A stretch of 25,856 bases of DNA from an uncultured Gammaproteobacteria bacterium. GTDB taxonomy: Bacteria; Pseudomonadota; Gammaproteobacteria; GCA-002705445; GCA-002716945. Below the pieces are notes generated by a model. It saw only the letters and a list, made by a program, of their open reading frames with translations. It was not told where the DNA came from and searched no databases. The position numbers and the translations under genes were made by a program. The first letter of the stretch is position 1. Each line of letters starts with the position of its first letter. Shown here in pieces: positions 24,870 to 25,856 of the stretch. Location of the stretch: positions 1 to 25,856 of the forward strand of contig CAJWMM010000001.1 of the NCBI GenBank assembly GCA_913043035.1. The letters are read 5' to 3'.

Positions 24870-25856
24870 CTAAGTACCACCAATAGTTACTTTATCTACT
24901 AGTATAGACCCGGTCCTTATGTTGCCACGAATGTCATAATCTTTACCAACATGTAAAATATTTTTAAACATTTGTGTTAAGTTTGAAGCAACTGTAATTC
25001 CTGTTACAGGGTATTTTATCTGCCCATCTTTAAAGTAATAACCAAATGCCCCTCTAGAATAATCACCTGTTAGTAGATTAGCGCCACTACCCATCATCTC
25101 AGTTATGATCACGCCCTCATCAACCAGATTAATTAAGTTATCTGTTTGCTCATCTGATGATTCAACTATGATATTTGTTAAAACTCCATTACCAGTACAA
25201 TCTAAATTCAATTTCCTAGCTGAATAAGTATCTAAGAGATAGGTTTCCAGAATACCTTTGTTAATTATATTCTTCTTTTCAGTCAAGACTCCATCTGAAT
25301 CAAACGGCCTTGTTCCCATCCCTTCGACGATGAGAGGATCTTCACGAATAGTTATAAAATCGGGAAAAATTTCAGATCCTAGTTTATCTAGTAAGAAACT
25401 TGATTTTTTATAAATAGCATGACCATTGATCGCACTAAGAAAATTATTAAAAAAAGATGTCGCGACCTCTGCCGGAAAAATAATAGGACAAACTCTAGAT
25501 GATATAGTTTTGGCATTTAGTCTTGATATTGCCCTAGATGAAGCTTTTTTTCCTATTTCTGATGGAGATTCTAAGTTTTCATATTTTCTTGTAGACGAAT
25601 ACCAATAATCTCTCTCCATTGCTTGATTGTCACCTGCAAGCATAACGCATGATAGCGAGTAATCTGTTGATTTAAAATGACCATACATCTCTTCAGAATT
25701 AAGTATCATGTACTCACTATTCGATTGAGAATAGGAGCTACCCTCAGAATTACTGATCTTTTTATCATACTCAAAACCAGCAGATTCACATGTCTTCGCA
25801 AGTTCTGTCGCCTCATCCATGTCAAAGTGTCGTGGAAAGTAGATTCCAATATCTTT
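24870..25856 (-). CDS. pmbA: PmbA (TldE) metalloprotease subunit; 5' end outside the window
   Basis: MERDYWYS, GHAIYKKSSFL, RPFDSDGV, LDTYSARKL, EMMGSGANLLTGDYSRGAFG, YPVTGITVASNL, GSILV. The frame stays open to the window edge (KDIGIYFPRHFDMDEATELAK), so ATG 25820 is internal. Confidence 0.95.
   Translation of the reverse strand, partial: KDIGIYFPRHFDMDEATELAKTCESAGFEYDKKISNSEGSSYSQSNSEYMILNSEEMYGHFKSTDYSLSCVMLAGDNQAMERDYWYSSTRKYENLESPSEIGKKASSRAISRLNAKTISSRVCPIIFPAEVATSFFNNFLSAINGHAIYKKSSFLLDKLGSEIFPDFITIREDPLIVEGMGTRPFDSDGVLTEKKNIINKGILETYLLDTYSARKLNLDCTGNGVLTNIIVESSDEQTDNLINLVDEGVIITEMMGSGANLLTGDYSRGAFGYYFKDGQIKYPVTGITVASNLTQMFKNILHVGKDYDIRGNIRTGSILVDKVTIGGT

Noticed and set aside
23397-25608. 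ORFs 23397-23594, 24301-24483 and 25426-25608
   Set aside because: Antisense to the third antiporter-like gene or pmbA.
1-25856. CRISPR arrays, tandem repeats, rRNA/tRNA, defence systems
   Set aside because: All intergenic gaps are under about 230 bp and none shows these patterns.

Overview
AT-rich (roughly one-third GC by eye), gene-dense bacterial chromosome segment. It most resembles a streamlined Gram-negative proteobacterium; the nrdAB and mgtE proteins look gammaproteobacterial (Pseudomonas-like). Minus strand, left to right: class Ia ribonucleotide reductase nrdB (runs off the left edge), an un-annotated 51-53 aa membrane-peptide ORF, and nrdA (two ATP-cones) under a promoter with tandem NrdR boxes and DnaA boxes; mgtE; a Gram-negative porin; and a complete phosphate-starvation cluster transcribed phoR-pstS-pstC-pstA-pstB-phoU-phoB. 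That cluster has alphaproteobacterial gene order and domain architecture and several Pho-box-like repeats. Plus strand: a 383 aa unknown protein with two degenerate methyltransferase-like repeats, an alanine/glycine:cation symporter, a divergent nadC, and an atypical Mrp/Mnh operon (E-F-G-DUF4040/B'-B-C-D-D-small ORF-D). pmbA (minus strand) converges on it and runs off the right edge. I found no tRNA, rRNA, CRISPR array, integrase or transposase. Family assignments come from motif recognition from memory, not from database searches.
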